NCBI GenBank assembly: GCA_946612175.1
Contig: CAMOEO010000001.1
Location: 1-31,925, forward strand
Direction: 5' to 3'
DNA length: 31,925 nt
DNA from: an uncultured Verrucomicrobiota bacterium
Lineage (GTDB): Bacteria; Verrucomicrobiota; Kiritimatiellia; RFP12; UBA3636
Positions 20,601 to 26,609 of the stretch are shown piece by piece (the first letter of the stretch is position 1; the number at the start of each line of letters is the position of its first letter). The position numbers and the translations under genes are program-made. The notes beneath the pieces are model-generated. The model saw nothing but the letters and a program-made list of their open reading frames with translations. It did no database searches and was not told the DNA's origin.

Positions 20601-21693
20601 TCAGGTTCCGGACGACACCCGGTCGGGGCTCTCCCTCGCCGGGACTCCTTCCGCCCAGACTCGGCTCACGACAAAGGGGGCCTACTCGGTCACCGGCCTC
20701 AAGCAGGGAACCTACGTCATCCACGCCTTCCTCGACTCGAACAAGAACGGGTTCGCGGACGAATGGGAGACGCAGGGCTATGGTCTCTCGGCCAGCGGCG
20801 TTGCGCCCATCCTTGATGCCAGGTATGACCCCATCGTCGTCGATGCGAACGTGACAGGCGTCACGATCGTCTTGCACGACCGCGACACCGACAACGACCT
20901 GCTGCCCGACGCCTGGGAGTGGTGGAAGTTCGGCAACCTCGCCACCTCCGGCTACGACCAGAAGTCCGCCGGCGTGTACGTCTGGGAGGAGTACGCCGAC
21001 GGCGTCCTCGACTCCGATCCGCGCACGCCCGACACCGACCTCGACGGCCTCACGGACGCGATGGAGATCAAGGTGACCCGCACCGACACGCACAGGCGCG
21101 ACACGGACGGCGACGGCATCGGCGACCTGGAGGAGTTCCTCTCCGGCTCCGACCCGCTCGACCCGGCCGACGCCCGGCCGTTCACCACGCCCGCCCTCGC
21201 GTTCGACGCGGACGGCGTCCCGTACGTCGAGTGCGCCTACCCGTCGCTCGTCCCCGGCGTCGTCCTCACCTACACGCTCCAGCGCAAGCTCGACCTCGCC
21301 GCCCCGGCATGGGAGGATGTCGCCGAGCTCGAGGTGGCCGCCACGGACGCGGCGACCGTCGCGCTCGCCGACGGCGTCATGAGCTCCGCCAAGCCCGCCG
21401 GCACGGCCGTCATGAAGCCCGCCGACCAGGCCGACATCGACTACAGGGCCGGATTCTTCCGGATCCGCGTCTCCGCCGACTACGGCAAGATGGTCGACAA
21501 CGAGGACGGCACCTGCTCCTACATGACCTGGATGCCCGATTCCGCCGGCGTCTGGTCCTGGACCGAGGCCGCCCGCGGCACGGGCACGCTCGTCCGCGAC
21601 GCCGACGGCACCTGGAGCTTCGTCTCCGACGCCACCGGCCGCACGGCCACCCTCGTCCGCGACGAGAACGGCAACTGGACCTTCCAGGAGTAG
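11650..21693 (+). CDS. Giant secreted multidomain protein (3347 aa): Ig/PKD-like N-terminus, about 20 DxDxDG Ca-binding (bacterial TSP3-like) repeats, LamG/ConA-like domain, further beta-sandwich domains, C-terminal domain and short tail
   Basis: SD AGAAAGGA. Signal peptide ...LLAALAALSLPARA/D. Repeats such as DTDRDGMPDGWE, DSDGDGIPDWWE and DTDGDGIGDLEE. LamG motifs YFDG...HTVEFWVRP...DKWMHVAVVMD...LTLYLGG...FTGWIDEIRVWDRCRSQAEI (16981-17700). Open frame of 10 kb with GC3-biased codons. Confidence 0.9.
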   Translation: MNLWNPSLRPFALLAALAALSLPARADTLFYGGDDPWTVPTEYNGVAAEWPFEIYRGDASSAAPQQVKATSSNPAVVLVRAESRPNAGSSATVTLYKDPQTDPTRATYVATFYLVPQAAGNATITVQMTTDSSTAPIAFNVTVTGSSATRRISFPDYPDRNVIMPEANSRLVQFRLGSDVPTATAFQITCDKTDYDGKVSFPATVSVPSGNSGTFTIYGLDGSYSCGLTITDPNGNYDNALLNLMVTNVPPRIQVSSDFENPTPWGATVFKNQDVPFPVAAVGATDSAADQNNLTYRWSFAGSSTTDPNAVFTNSWSSPTQDGGYNLISITVSDGELSTVGFYSVVVQDSVTLYTDTTDPGTGLVHNGGVAQATTFRVTNPVGIDWALFDGTIGKAEVGPTTPVTLSAILEDGSYPFGWFGDTEYLRAPGATRVPNANLKAIVSMPDEGDATIIYLASYPYYHVVPGKGSEGIGVYEPSPLNNVWTDPFGDFDGDGLSDTWEAWWFQNGMEEATSENVTTIPVGIPTGDYGPSGNLDEDWLPTLVEETAPDAQPGAPKAGWPVVVTDSTTGETRTNRVFVLKYPLDFSTGGQTYNKSAAEEKPLFANFVEYRGLREDRTGGDGTDAMNLVRYAPQLVNQRGTYGDRNNCAGTDPNLLDTDTDGFSDGWEWYFWTTIKYGVHAENWRAWDPTYTYYSTASATAGFPLLETDDPLDFAFDVEPTKLYDIDPAAGTYLTQYVVDNAVLNDNGVVLPVVAGSVSIEFDGSSFTLFELSPVIARQVGVNPKDENGNSRLFYVLYKDSDGDGVPDTPVYNATTGFPEFRALSGAFVNDLSGQMLIPGWQTLTRLDGAVSFDIAQDTAIHVSLTRQNGLFPKEFLLSRFDPMNWDQYLNGDIANRISAAGFNRDNWDPTSDLDGDGVLDIEEYELGTDPLHWDTDRDGMPDGWEVQRGLLPLDPRNDVNGCGPGDNPDEDYMAYDATGTAKHADAYRADLANEVYWNGRTFTGYRPGRGVFPSPSSFTMEYEQGLRKYTLMVMTGFGGGKYGNLEEFLYSYYGAAHGFWSQVYPTKGDYNWASTTTDPCSNDTDGDGLPDGWEPYVGYSPIVPNSKTPEDLMEGIGYRFDPDHLEQPPICQGPPFDPDLDYDQDYDEAVDLTKEFSCLWANMLWPQDTTTTIGDGTEVVIHGFPAYDGWYNKWMPTDPWNADTDGDGLTDFQEYVDLADGNGDGEPKANFNPTCSDTDLDWLPDGWEYFMGLYAYEQLPNLDASYLDDEYGPFGDPDGDKLANYQEYLTGANYGWRHDRWYPLSKENIWVPQRRTSIETHKWDSMTPWDWPYDPGLYPQYGPTVRAHVYSPVDFFSVPVSGTTIARGMEALKALEKRWEYTVADSPSMEQETLAARLQRVYEIIYNPQTGRNIPLADGNPDRDATASLFLYDTDPAYDANYNYDGISIPGKKYFHHHSRAEHDAIVALFENVGSWIYSYAQRGYGWDLAGSLVSGGVYMPLNDNSTGYGFPGTRPRRVDSDNDGMPDYWEIYHGINPCYGGDRLLGKAGDTTDGDRADRDDMGDGSTDNWLMGCDPNYVLNLHFAFRPPYRWPIARKEKAGWWKSPEDEWVPYSFGDAITTSFGPDMLGNYYMEWAHFDLVNRPWLSGDRAADCDKDGVNNQEESYSFFANDLQHHTDPSPYWLTDMSQTVGNFGQNASHVNLYYNGSDYGAAKIWWWAVPFNGGLTDSPQYVWDFETSEGYDTDNNNIGDREELASVSTRGKTDPLDLDSPISRKAMYFDGHAACRTQRPFYHDQYALTSHTVEFWVRPHAYPAPGKIATLLHRPVMMPVDTLSGAKAWSIRNTFHVYMDETGTVFAQVDNDGIEQPANSAVVMSSGRLSLDKWMHVAVVMDSQNDDLTLYLGGEFAGHVSNSLKPCTGTIMSSAYREWYTANGGGSNGLVTVSTTTVNFDYSPAPIVVGAYETNPWGVVGGKLWSKTESQFDENRFFTGWIDEIRVWDRCRSQAEIRNNMMRRFTKDDIEPINRARWVWDKQNLYRTDAEANFPQKLLYHYSFDNLPDVIPDPARNDATTFFTDTDPVPMGWSEISSIRPVPFVPWWYVADNRSTAYATDFSYVPFIENTVGHLAQKPPRDISEIVPVYDEATLDFRGFRYRRSNDWAIEAEAIIESGGAGTVEIFYTTNLLGGNLGTSDLSYEYSGPSLLSESLLNNSMNPYGDGYNTFVRGTYEYNPWNFGGALDRYGVYEGIPIHSDMVPLLDAVADIDVPMWDGSGRGSENSAVDSDGDGIPDWWEIAHGLDPTDSSDRNGAYGDPDGDGLDNWAEYCAGTDPFSFDTDSDGYSDYYSRSDKTSLTYGELYDDGDGMDNYWELENGLDPESYDAHLDPDHDGWTNAEEFMAGTDPQDASSFPRPSLRATFHYDGEAEDSSAIVVHTFGERSSGDRMGGAIDGKYSVAPNISYGRMVFGADGVEVIGGGNQYYVTHIPYGHVAAATLDFQRHQLDGAVWTWVDVQLPLGHANEEYGLFVSDIGGVVGLDYETGTIFCSAEYAGRSFQLSTTIDGHAFPFTEERMLRTAYTHLIGGWNRFFGFIDVDHSGDYTVGEPAGISTPRPVYVGWDRADVEIPFTDELYGFPRFSWPAATNENVNAYKVYIWNGSGQSALVREDGTFVNGIVIDAPRTYIHEGDFIRHGVYGINGGTAATDAFSWTVASDNGLEETVIAEGTFVSSAVPNVGARRAMSAKNPISYATVNGAVVELQWEMDWRNAGVNITIEKVDGADAGVKIDNLCVPLPIRHGKSSSLDYYYTAKPQLESGKSFVSLSSGTYRYRIVERPKSSAVSAQSVEGYFRLVNDDSARDTFSVSGDVKYFGKVMQNSDLTTLGTAAAGATDFSAVIPAAMLGTIAGSGAAIQLRSGSDVVCTFSASGTSGILIVDGSPDSLGWSGSIDYETGRVSLLFDGPLSASYKVVLVARTFASGVPLVVRAYQVPDDTRSGLSLAGTPSAQTRLTTKGAYSVTGLKQGTYVIHAFLDSNKNGFADEWETQGYGLSASGVAPILDARYDPIVVDANVTGVTIVLHDRDTDNDLLPDAWEWWKFGNLATSGYDQKSAGVYVWEEYADGVLDSDPRTPDTDLDGLTDAMEIKVTRTDTHRRDTDGDGIGDLEEFLSGSDPLDPADARPFTTPALAFDADGVPYVECAYPSLVPGVVLTYTLQRKLDLAAPAWEDVAELEVAATDAATVALADGVMSSAKPAGTAVMKPADQADIDYRAGFFRIRVSADYGKMVDNEDGTCSYMTWMPDSAGVWSWTEAARGTGTLVRDADGTWSFVSDATGRTATLVRDENGNWTFQE

Positions 21694-21718
21694 GGCCCGC
21701 CGCTCCTCGGCACCCTCC

Positions 21719-21753
21719 GCGCGCCCGCCCTTCCCGGCGGGCGCGCCCTTTTT
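21719..21753 (+). terminator. Intrinsic terminator of the giant-protein operon
   Basis: 11-bp stem GCGCGCCCGCC / GGCGGGCGCGC with a CTTCCC loop, followed by CCTTTTT. It abuts the convergent mutL stop codon. Confidence 0.7.
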
Positions 21754-23655
21754 CTATGCGCGGCCGAACCGGCGGTCGAGGTCGCGGAGGGAGGTGTAGA
21801 CCATCGTCGGGCGCCCGCCCGGCGTCGAATAGGGCATACGGCAGGCCGCGAGCTCCATGAGAATCGGGACGAGCTCCCGCGCATCGAGAGGGCGCCGCGT
21901 CCGGACGGCCGAGCGGCTCGCCGCCGCGGCAACGAGCTCCTCTCGCCAGTGCTGGCGCCCCTTGCGCGGGCCGGCGTCCTGCAGCGCGGAGGCGGTCTCC
22001 TCGAGGATGGCCTTCGCCGATGCGCCCGAAAGGACGTCGGGCAGCGCGCGGACGAGGAAGCTGTCGCCGCCGAAGTCCTCCACGTCGAACCCCATCTCCG
22101 CCAGCACGGGCAGCACGGAGCGGACGCGATGGGCGTCGAGCGGCGCGAGCGCGACCGTCTGGGGCAGGAGCAGCGCCTGCGAAGGCGCCTCCTCGACCCT
22201 GGGCGCGGCCTTGAGCAGGCGTTCGTACATCACGCGCTCGTGCGCCGCGGCGGGATCGACGACGGCGTAGCCGCCCTCGGTCTCGACGAGCGCGTAGCCC
22301 GAGGAGAGGCTTCCGACGAGGCGGAACTTCGTCCAGGGGGCCGGTGCGGGATCGTAGGGGGAGGCCGCCGGGGCGTCCGCGGGGGCGGGGACGGCGACGA
22401 AGGGGACGGTGGCGGGGGGCGCGGAACGCGGGTCGGGCGCGAAGGTTCGTTCGCCGATCGGATCGAACTCGGCCTGGCGCGGCGGCGGGAGGGCGGGAGG
22501 AGGAAGCGGGAACGGCGGCGCCGCGGCCGCGGCGCCGGACTCGGGCGCCGGGAAACCGGGGGCGTCCGGGGCGAGCGAGGGCTCCGAGGAGCCGAAGCCT
22601 CCGAGCGCATCGTCGTCGTCGGGCGCGAACGCCGGGGCCGCGGCGCCCTCCGCCCCGCCGGGGCCGGCGCGGAGGGCCTTGGCGAGCGCGGCGAGGACGG
22701 CGTCGCGCACCGCGCCCGTCGCGCGGAAGCGGACTTCGCGCTTGGTGGGGTGGACGTTCACGTCGACCTCCTCGGGCGGAAGCTCGAGGAAGAGGAAAAG
22801 GACGGGGCGTCGCCCCTGCGGGAGATGCGGGTAGGACTCGCGGATCGCGGCTTGGACGACCGGGGCGGTCGAGGGGCGGCCGTTCACGAAGACATGCTGT
22901 CCCGCGGTGTCGGCGCGCGTCTGCGACGGGAGCCCGGCCCAGCCGTGGACGCGGATGCGGCCGGACGAATGCTCGATCGGGACGAAGCCGTCCATGTAGC
23001 CCGCGCCGTAGAGGTCGTCGAGCCGTTCGCGAAGCGAGGCCGCGGGGCGCAGGCGGTGGACGGGGTCGCCGTCGCAGGTGAGACTCATCGCCAGCCCCGG
23101 CCACGCGATGGCGTGGACGAGGAACATCGCGCGGACGTGCGCCTGCTCCGTGTTGTAGGAGCGGAGGAACGCGCGGCGGGCCGGGACGTTGTAGAACAGG
23201 TCCCGCACCTCGATCGTGGTGCCGGGCGCGGCGCCGCAGTCGCGGACGGCGACCATCGTCCCGCCGTGGATCTCCACCTCCGTCCCCGCCTCGTCCTCGC
23301 GGCGGCGCGTGCGGAGCGTGAAGCGGGAGACGCTCGCGATCGACGGAAGGGCCTCTCCGCGGAAGCCCATCGTCGCGATGCCGGAGAGGTCCTCCGCCGT
23401 GCGCAGCTTCGAGGTCGCCTGGCGCTCGGGGGCGAGCAGGGCGTCGTCGCGCCCCATGCCGCAGCCGTCGTCCGCGACGGAGATCAGGCGGCGCCCTCCC
23501 GCGGTGACGACGACGTCGATCCGCGAGGCGCCGGCGTCGATCGCGTTCTCCATGAGCTCCTTCACGACGGACGCGGGCCGCTCGACGACCTCGCCCGCCG
23601 CGATCTTGTTCGCGACATCCTCCGGCAGAATCCTGATTCTGGCGCCCTCGCTCAT
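21754..23655 (-). CDS. mutL: DNA mismatch repair protein MutL, with degenerate C-terminal endonuclease motifs
   Basis: IAAGEVVERPASVVKELMENAIDAGA, DDGCGM, TSKL, MGFRGEALPSIASVS, GTTIEVRDLFYNVPARR, FVNGR and VDVNVHPTKREVRF motifs; C-terminal QALLLP. Confidence 0.97.
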   Translation of the reverse strand: MSEGARIRILPEDVANKIAAGEVVERPASVVKELMENAIDAGASRIDVVVTAGGRRLISVADDGCGMGRDDALLAPERQATSKLRTAEDLSGIATMGFRGEALPSIASVSRFTLRTRRREDEAGTEVEIHGGTMVAVRDCGAAPGTTIEVRDLFYNVPARRAFLRSYNTEQAHVRAMFLVHAIAWPGLAMSLTCDGDPVHRLRPAASLRERLDDLYGAGYMDGFVPIEHSSGRIRVHGWAGLPSQTRADTAGQHVFVNGRPSTAPVVQAAIRESYPHLPQGRRPVLFLFLELPPEEVDVNVHPTKREVRFRATGAVRDAVLAALAKALRAGPGGAEGAAAPAFAPDDDDALGGFGSSEPSLAPDAPGFPAPESGAAAAAPPFPLPPPALPPPRQAEFDPIGERTFAPDPRSAPPATVPFVAVPAPADAPAASPYDPAPAPWTKFRLVGSLSSGYALVETEGGYAVVDPAAAHERVMYERLLKAAPRVEEAPSQALLLPQTVALAPLDAHRVRSVLPVLAEMGFDVEDFGGDSFLVRALPDVLSGASAKAILEETASALQDAGPRKGRQHWREELVAAAASRSAVRTRRPLDARELVPILMELAACRMPYSTPGGRPTMVYTSLRDLDRRFGRA

Positions 23656-23662
23656 GCCCGCG

Positions 23663-23691
23663 AGTCTACCAAAACCCCCTCATTCCCGCAA
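23663..23691 (-). promoter_or_regulatory. sigma70-type promoter, probably leaderless, for mutL
   Basis: TTGCGG (23691-23686), 17 nt, TGgTAGACT (hexamer 23668-23663), 7 nt, ATG at 23655. Confidence 0.6.
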
Positions 23692-23739
23692 TCCACGCGA
23701 TTTCCGATCCGCGGAGGATAGGAAATTCACGGCGGTTTG

Positions 23740-23748
23740 TGGTAGCAT
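23740..23748 (+). promoter_or_regulatory. Extended -10 element, probably leaderless, for pepN
   Basis: TGgTAGCAT, 7 nt, ATG at 23756. No clear -35 box and no SD. Confidence 0.45.
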
Positions 23749-23755
23749 CGGGGGC

Positions 23756-26464
23756 ATGGAACCACAACCCGCTCCCTTCCGCTATCTTCGCTCCGCCTGG
23801 CGCCGCCCGCCCGCGCGCCTCCTCCACGCGGAGCTGCTGCTACGGCTTTTCGACGACCGCATCGAGGGCTTCGAGACGCTCTCCTTCGAGGCCCGCGAGC
23901 CGCTCTCCGAGGTCGCGCTCGACGCCCAGGACCTCGAGATCGGCCCCGTGTCGCTGGCCGCGGAGCGCCCGGACGCCCCGGACGAGCCCTGCTCCGCCCT
24001 CTACGACCGCCGGGGCCGCCGCCTCGTCGTCGCCCTCCCGCGGCCGCTCGCCGCCGGCGCGCGCTTTGCGCTTCGCATCGCGGCGACGTGCCGCCCGTCG
24101 GACCGCATCCTCGACGGCGCCTACTTCGACACCACCCCGCCCGGCGCCCCGCCCCAGATCGTCTCGCAGTGCCAGCAGTGGGGCTTCCAGCGCATCCTCC
24201 CGATCGTCGACGACTGCACCGCCAAGTGCACCTGGCGCACGACGCTCGAGGCGAGCGCCCGCTACACGCACCTGATCTCCAACGGCGACGTCGACCGCGC
24301 CGTCTGCCCGGACGGCCGCCCCGTCCCGCTTCCCGGCGACCCCGCGCGCGTGCGCATCGCCTACGTCAACCCCATCCCGATGCCGCCCTACCTCTTCCTC
24401 GTTGCGGTCGGGACCTGGGACGCGCTCGCGGGCTCCGTCCGAACGCCCGGCGGCCGCCTCGTCCGGCTCGAATACCTCGTTCCGCCGGGCCATCTCGACG
24501 GCGCCCGCCTCCCGATGGCCATTCTCGAGGATGCCGTCCTCTTCCAGGCCCGCCACGTCGGCTACGAGTACGACCGCGAGTGCTACCGCACGATCTGCAT
24601 GGAGAAGTCCAACTTCGGCGGCATGGAGAACGTCGGAAACACGACGATCGTCACGGAGGCCGCCCTGCTCGACCGCTGGACGCCCGACCGCCGCCTCTTC
24701 TACGCCTTCGGCGTGATCGTCCACGAGTTCGAGCACAGCCACTGCGGCTCCGACGTCACGATGGAGACCCCCTTCGACATGTGGCTCAACGAGGCCTACA
24801 CCGTCACGGTCGAGCGGGCCTACCTGGCCGAGCGCTTCGGCGCCGCCTTCGCCCGCCTCGACGAGCTCGACGGCCTTCGCGATCCCCTCCGCGGCCCCCT
24901 CGCGCAGGAGGACGGCGGCGCCGCCGCGTTCCCCATCGTCCGCGACGGCTTCGACTCGCCCGACGACGTCGTCGACGGCGTCACCTACGACAAGGCGCCC
25001 GAGGTCCTCGGCATGCTCCGCGAATGGCTCGGCCACGACGCCTACAGGGCCGCGACGGACGCCTACTTCGCCCGCTTCAAGGGCGGCAACGCGAGCACCG
25101 AGGACTTCCTCGCCGCCTTCGCCCCCTTCGCGGGCGGGCGCGACCTCGACGCCTTCTTCCGCCAGTGGCTCTTCACCGTCGGCTACCCTCGCCTTGTCGG
25201 CTCCTGGGCCTGGGACCCCGCCACGCGGCGCCTCTCCGTCACGCTCTCGCAGACGCGCCCCGGCGCCGGCGCCGCGCCGTTCGTCGTTCCGTTCCGCGTC
25301 CGCGGCGTCGACGCCCGCGGCCGCGCGATGCCCTCGGTCGACCGTCTGCTCGTCCTCTCCTCCGCCTCGGAGACGTTCGTCTTCGAGGGCGTTCCCGAGG
25401 CCCCCGCCTTCCTCGACTGGAATTCCGGCCTCCCGTTCTACGGCGCCTTCCGCGACGAGACCGCCACGCCCGCCTCCCTCGCCCTCGCCGCCCGCGTGTC
25501 GCCGTTCCCCGTCGGCCGCGTCGAGGCGTGGCGCGCGCTGCTCGACCTCGAGATGGCGCGCGAAATCGCCGCGCCGGGCGCCTCCCCGCCCTCTCCGGCG
25601 TTCTTCGCCGTCCTCGACGCCGCCCTCGCCGATGCCGCGCTCGACCCCGGTCTCCGCGCCCGCCTTCTCTCCCTTCCCGAGGAGATGCTCGACCGCGCCT
25701 ACGTTCCGCGCTTCGCCGAGCGCGCCGCCGCAGCCCGCGCCCTGCGCCGCGCCGCCGCCGCGCACTTCGGCGAGGACCGCCTCCTCGCCGCCTACGCCGC
25801 CGCCCGCGCCGCGGCGGCGGGCTCCTCCCCCCGGCCGCCCTCCATCGCCGAGACCGCAGCCGCGCTTCCCCGCCGCGCCGTCGTGCGCGCCATCGGCGAC
25901 CTGCTCGCCCTCGCGGGCGGCCCGCGCGCCTTCGCGGCGCTGCGCGAAACGATGGCCTCCGCCGCGTTCGTCGGCGAGGAGCTCGACGCCGTCGCCGCGC
26001 TGCAGGAGGCCGGCGCGCCCGGCTTCCGAGAGGATCTCCGGGCGCTCGGGGAGCGCTCCCGCCCGCACGTCGGCGCCTGGGCCGCGTGGCTCTCGCTCGT
26101 CGCCTCCTGCCCGGACCCCGCCACGGTCTTCGACGAAGTCGCGCGCGCCGAGCGCGACCCCGCCTTCCGCCCCGAGCACCCCAGCCACTCGCGCTACCTC
26201 TACGGCGCCCTCGCCCGCAACCATGCGGCGCTCTGGACGCCGCGCGGTCTCGCCTGGCTCGAGGAGAAGATCCTCGCGACCGCGAAGATCAACGAGAACG
26301 TCGCCCTCCTCCTCCTCGGCGCGCTCCAGTTGCGCCGCGACTTCGCCGAACCCCTCCGCATGCAGACGGGCGCGCTCCTGGATCGCCTCTCCGCCGCGCT
26401 TCCCTCCGAGGCTCCCGCCGCCACCGCCCTCCTCGCCCGCGTGCAAAGCCTCGCTCGAGGGTAA
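23756..26464 (+). CDS. pepN: Aminopeptidase N (peptidase M1), 902 aa
   Basis: SQCQQWGFQRI, LISNGD, PYLFLVAVG, FGGMENVG (GXMEN), HEFEH-x18-E (WLNE), TYDKAPEV, and a PepN-like C-terminal helical region. The track's start at 23216 overlaps mutL, so the start is placed at ATG 23756. Confidence 0.92.
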   Translation: MEPQPAPFRYLRSAWRRPPARLLHAELLLRLFDDRIEGFETLSFEAREPLSEVALDAQDLEIGPVSLAAERPDAPDEPCSALYDRRGRRLVVALPRPLAAGARFALRIAATCRPSDRILDGAYFDTTPPGAPPQIVSQCQQWGFQRILPIVDDCTAKCTWRTTLEASARYTHLISNGDVDRAVCPDGRPVPLPGDPARVRIAYVNPIPMPPYLFLVAVGTWDALAGSVRTPGGRLVRLEYLVPPGHLDGARLPMAILEDAVLFQARHVGYEYDRECYRTICMEKSNFGGMENVGNTTIVTEAALLDRWTPDRRLFYAFGVIVHEFEHSHCGSDVTMETPFDMWLNEAYTVTVERAYLAERFGAAFARLDELDGLRDPLRGPLAQEDGGAAAFPIVRDGFDSPDDVVDGVTYDKAPEVLGMLREWLGHDAYRAATDAYFARFKGGNASTEDFLAAFAPFAGGRDLDAFFRQWLFTVGYPRLVGSWAWDPATRRLSVTLSQTRPGAGAAPFVVPFRVRGVDARGRAMPSVDRLLVLSSASETFVFEGVPEAPAFLDWNSGLPFYGAFRDETATPASLALAARVSPFPVGRVEAWRALLDLEMAREIAAPGASPPSPAFFAVLDAALADAALDPGLRARLLSLPEEMLDRAYVPRFAERAAAARALRRAAAAHFGEDRLLAAYAAARAAAAGSSPRPPSIAETAAALPRRAVVRAIGDLLALAGGPRAFAALRETMASAAFVGEELDAVAALQEAGAPGFREDLRALGERSRPHVGAWAAWLSLVASCPDPATVFDEVARAERDPAFRPEHPSHSRYLYGALARNHAALWTPRGLAWLEEKILATAKINENVALLLLGALQLRRDFAEPLRMQTGALLDRLSAALPSEAPAATALLARVQSLARG

Positions 26465-26609
26465 CGGCCTCCGCGCCCTCTGCGTGTTCACTCGCTCGAG
26501 GGCAACGGCCTCCGCGCCCTCTGCGTGTTCACTCGCTTGAGGGTAATGGCCTCCGTGCCCTCTGCGTGTTCACTCGCTCGAGGGTAACGGCCTCCGCGCC
26601 CTCTGCGTG
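26450..26609 (+). repeat. 41-bp tandem repeat, 3.9 copies, spanning the convergent stop codons of pepN and the HTH gene
   Basis: Unit CTCGCTCGAGGGTAACGGCCTCCGCGCCCTCTGCGTGTTCA starts at 26450, 26491 (1 change), 26532 (3 changes) and 26573 (37 nt). No spacers. Confidence 0.95.

Noticed and set aside
11629-21093. Very long antisense ORFs 11629..14238 and 15073..21093 (2006 aa)
   Set aside because: They mirror the giant gene codon for codon. Strong GC3 bias removes antisense stops, and the translations are V/G/R-rich with no motifs.
11650-21693. Giant protein as an RTX/T1SS substrate, autotransporter or sortase-anchored protein
   Set aside because: It has a Sec signal peptide, no GGxGxD nonapeptides, no ~300-aa C-terminal barrel ending in an aromatic residue, and no LPxTG/TM/basic tail.
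26450-26609. CRISPR array interpretation of the 41-bp repeats (also considered for the 69-bp and 23-bp repeats)
   Set aside because: Units are directly adjacent with no unique spacers, and there are no cas genes in the window.
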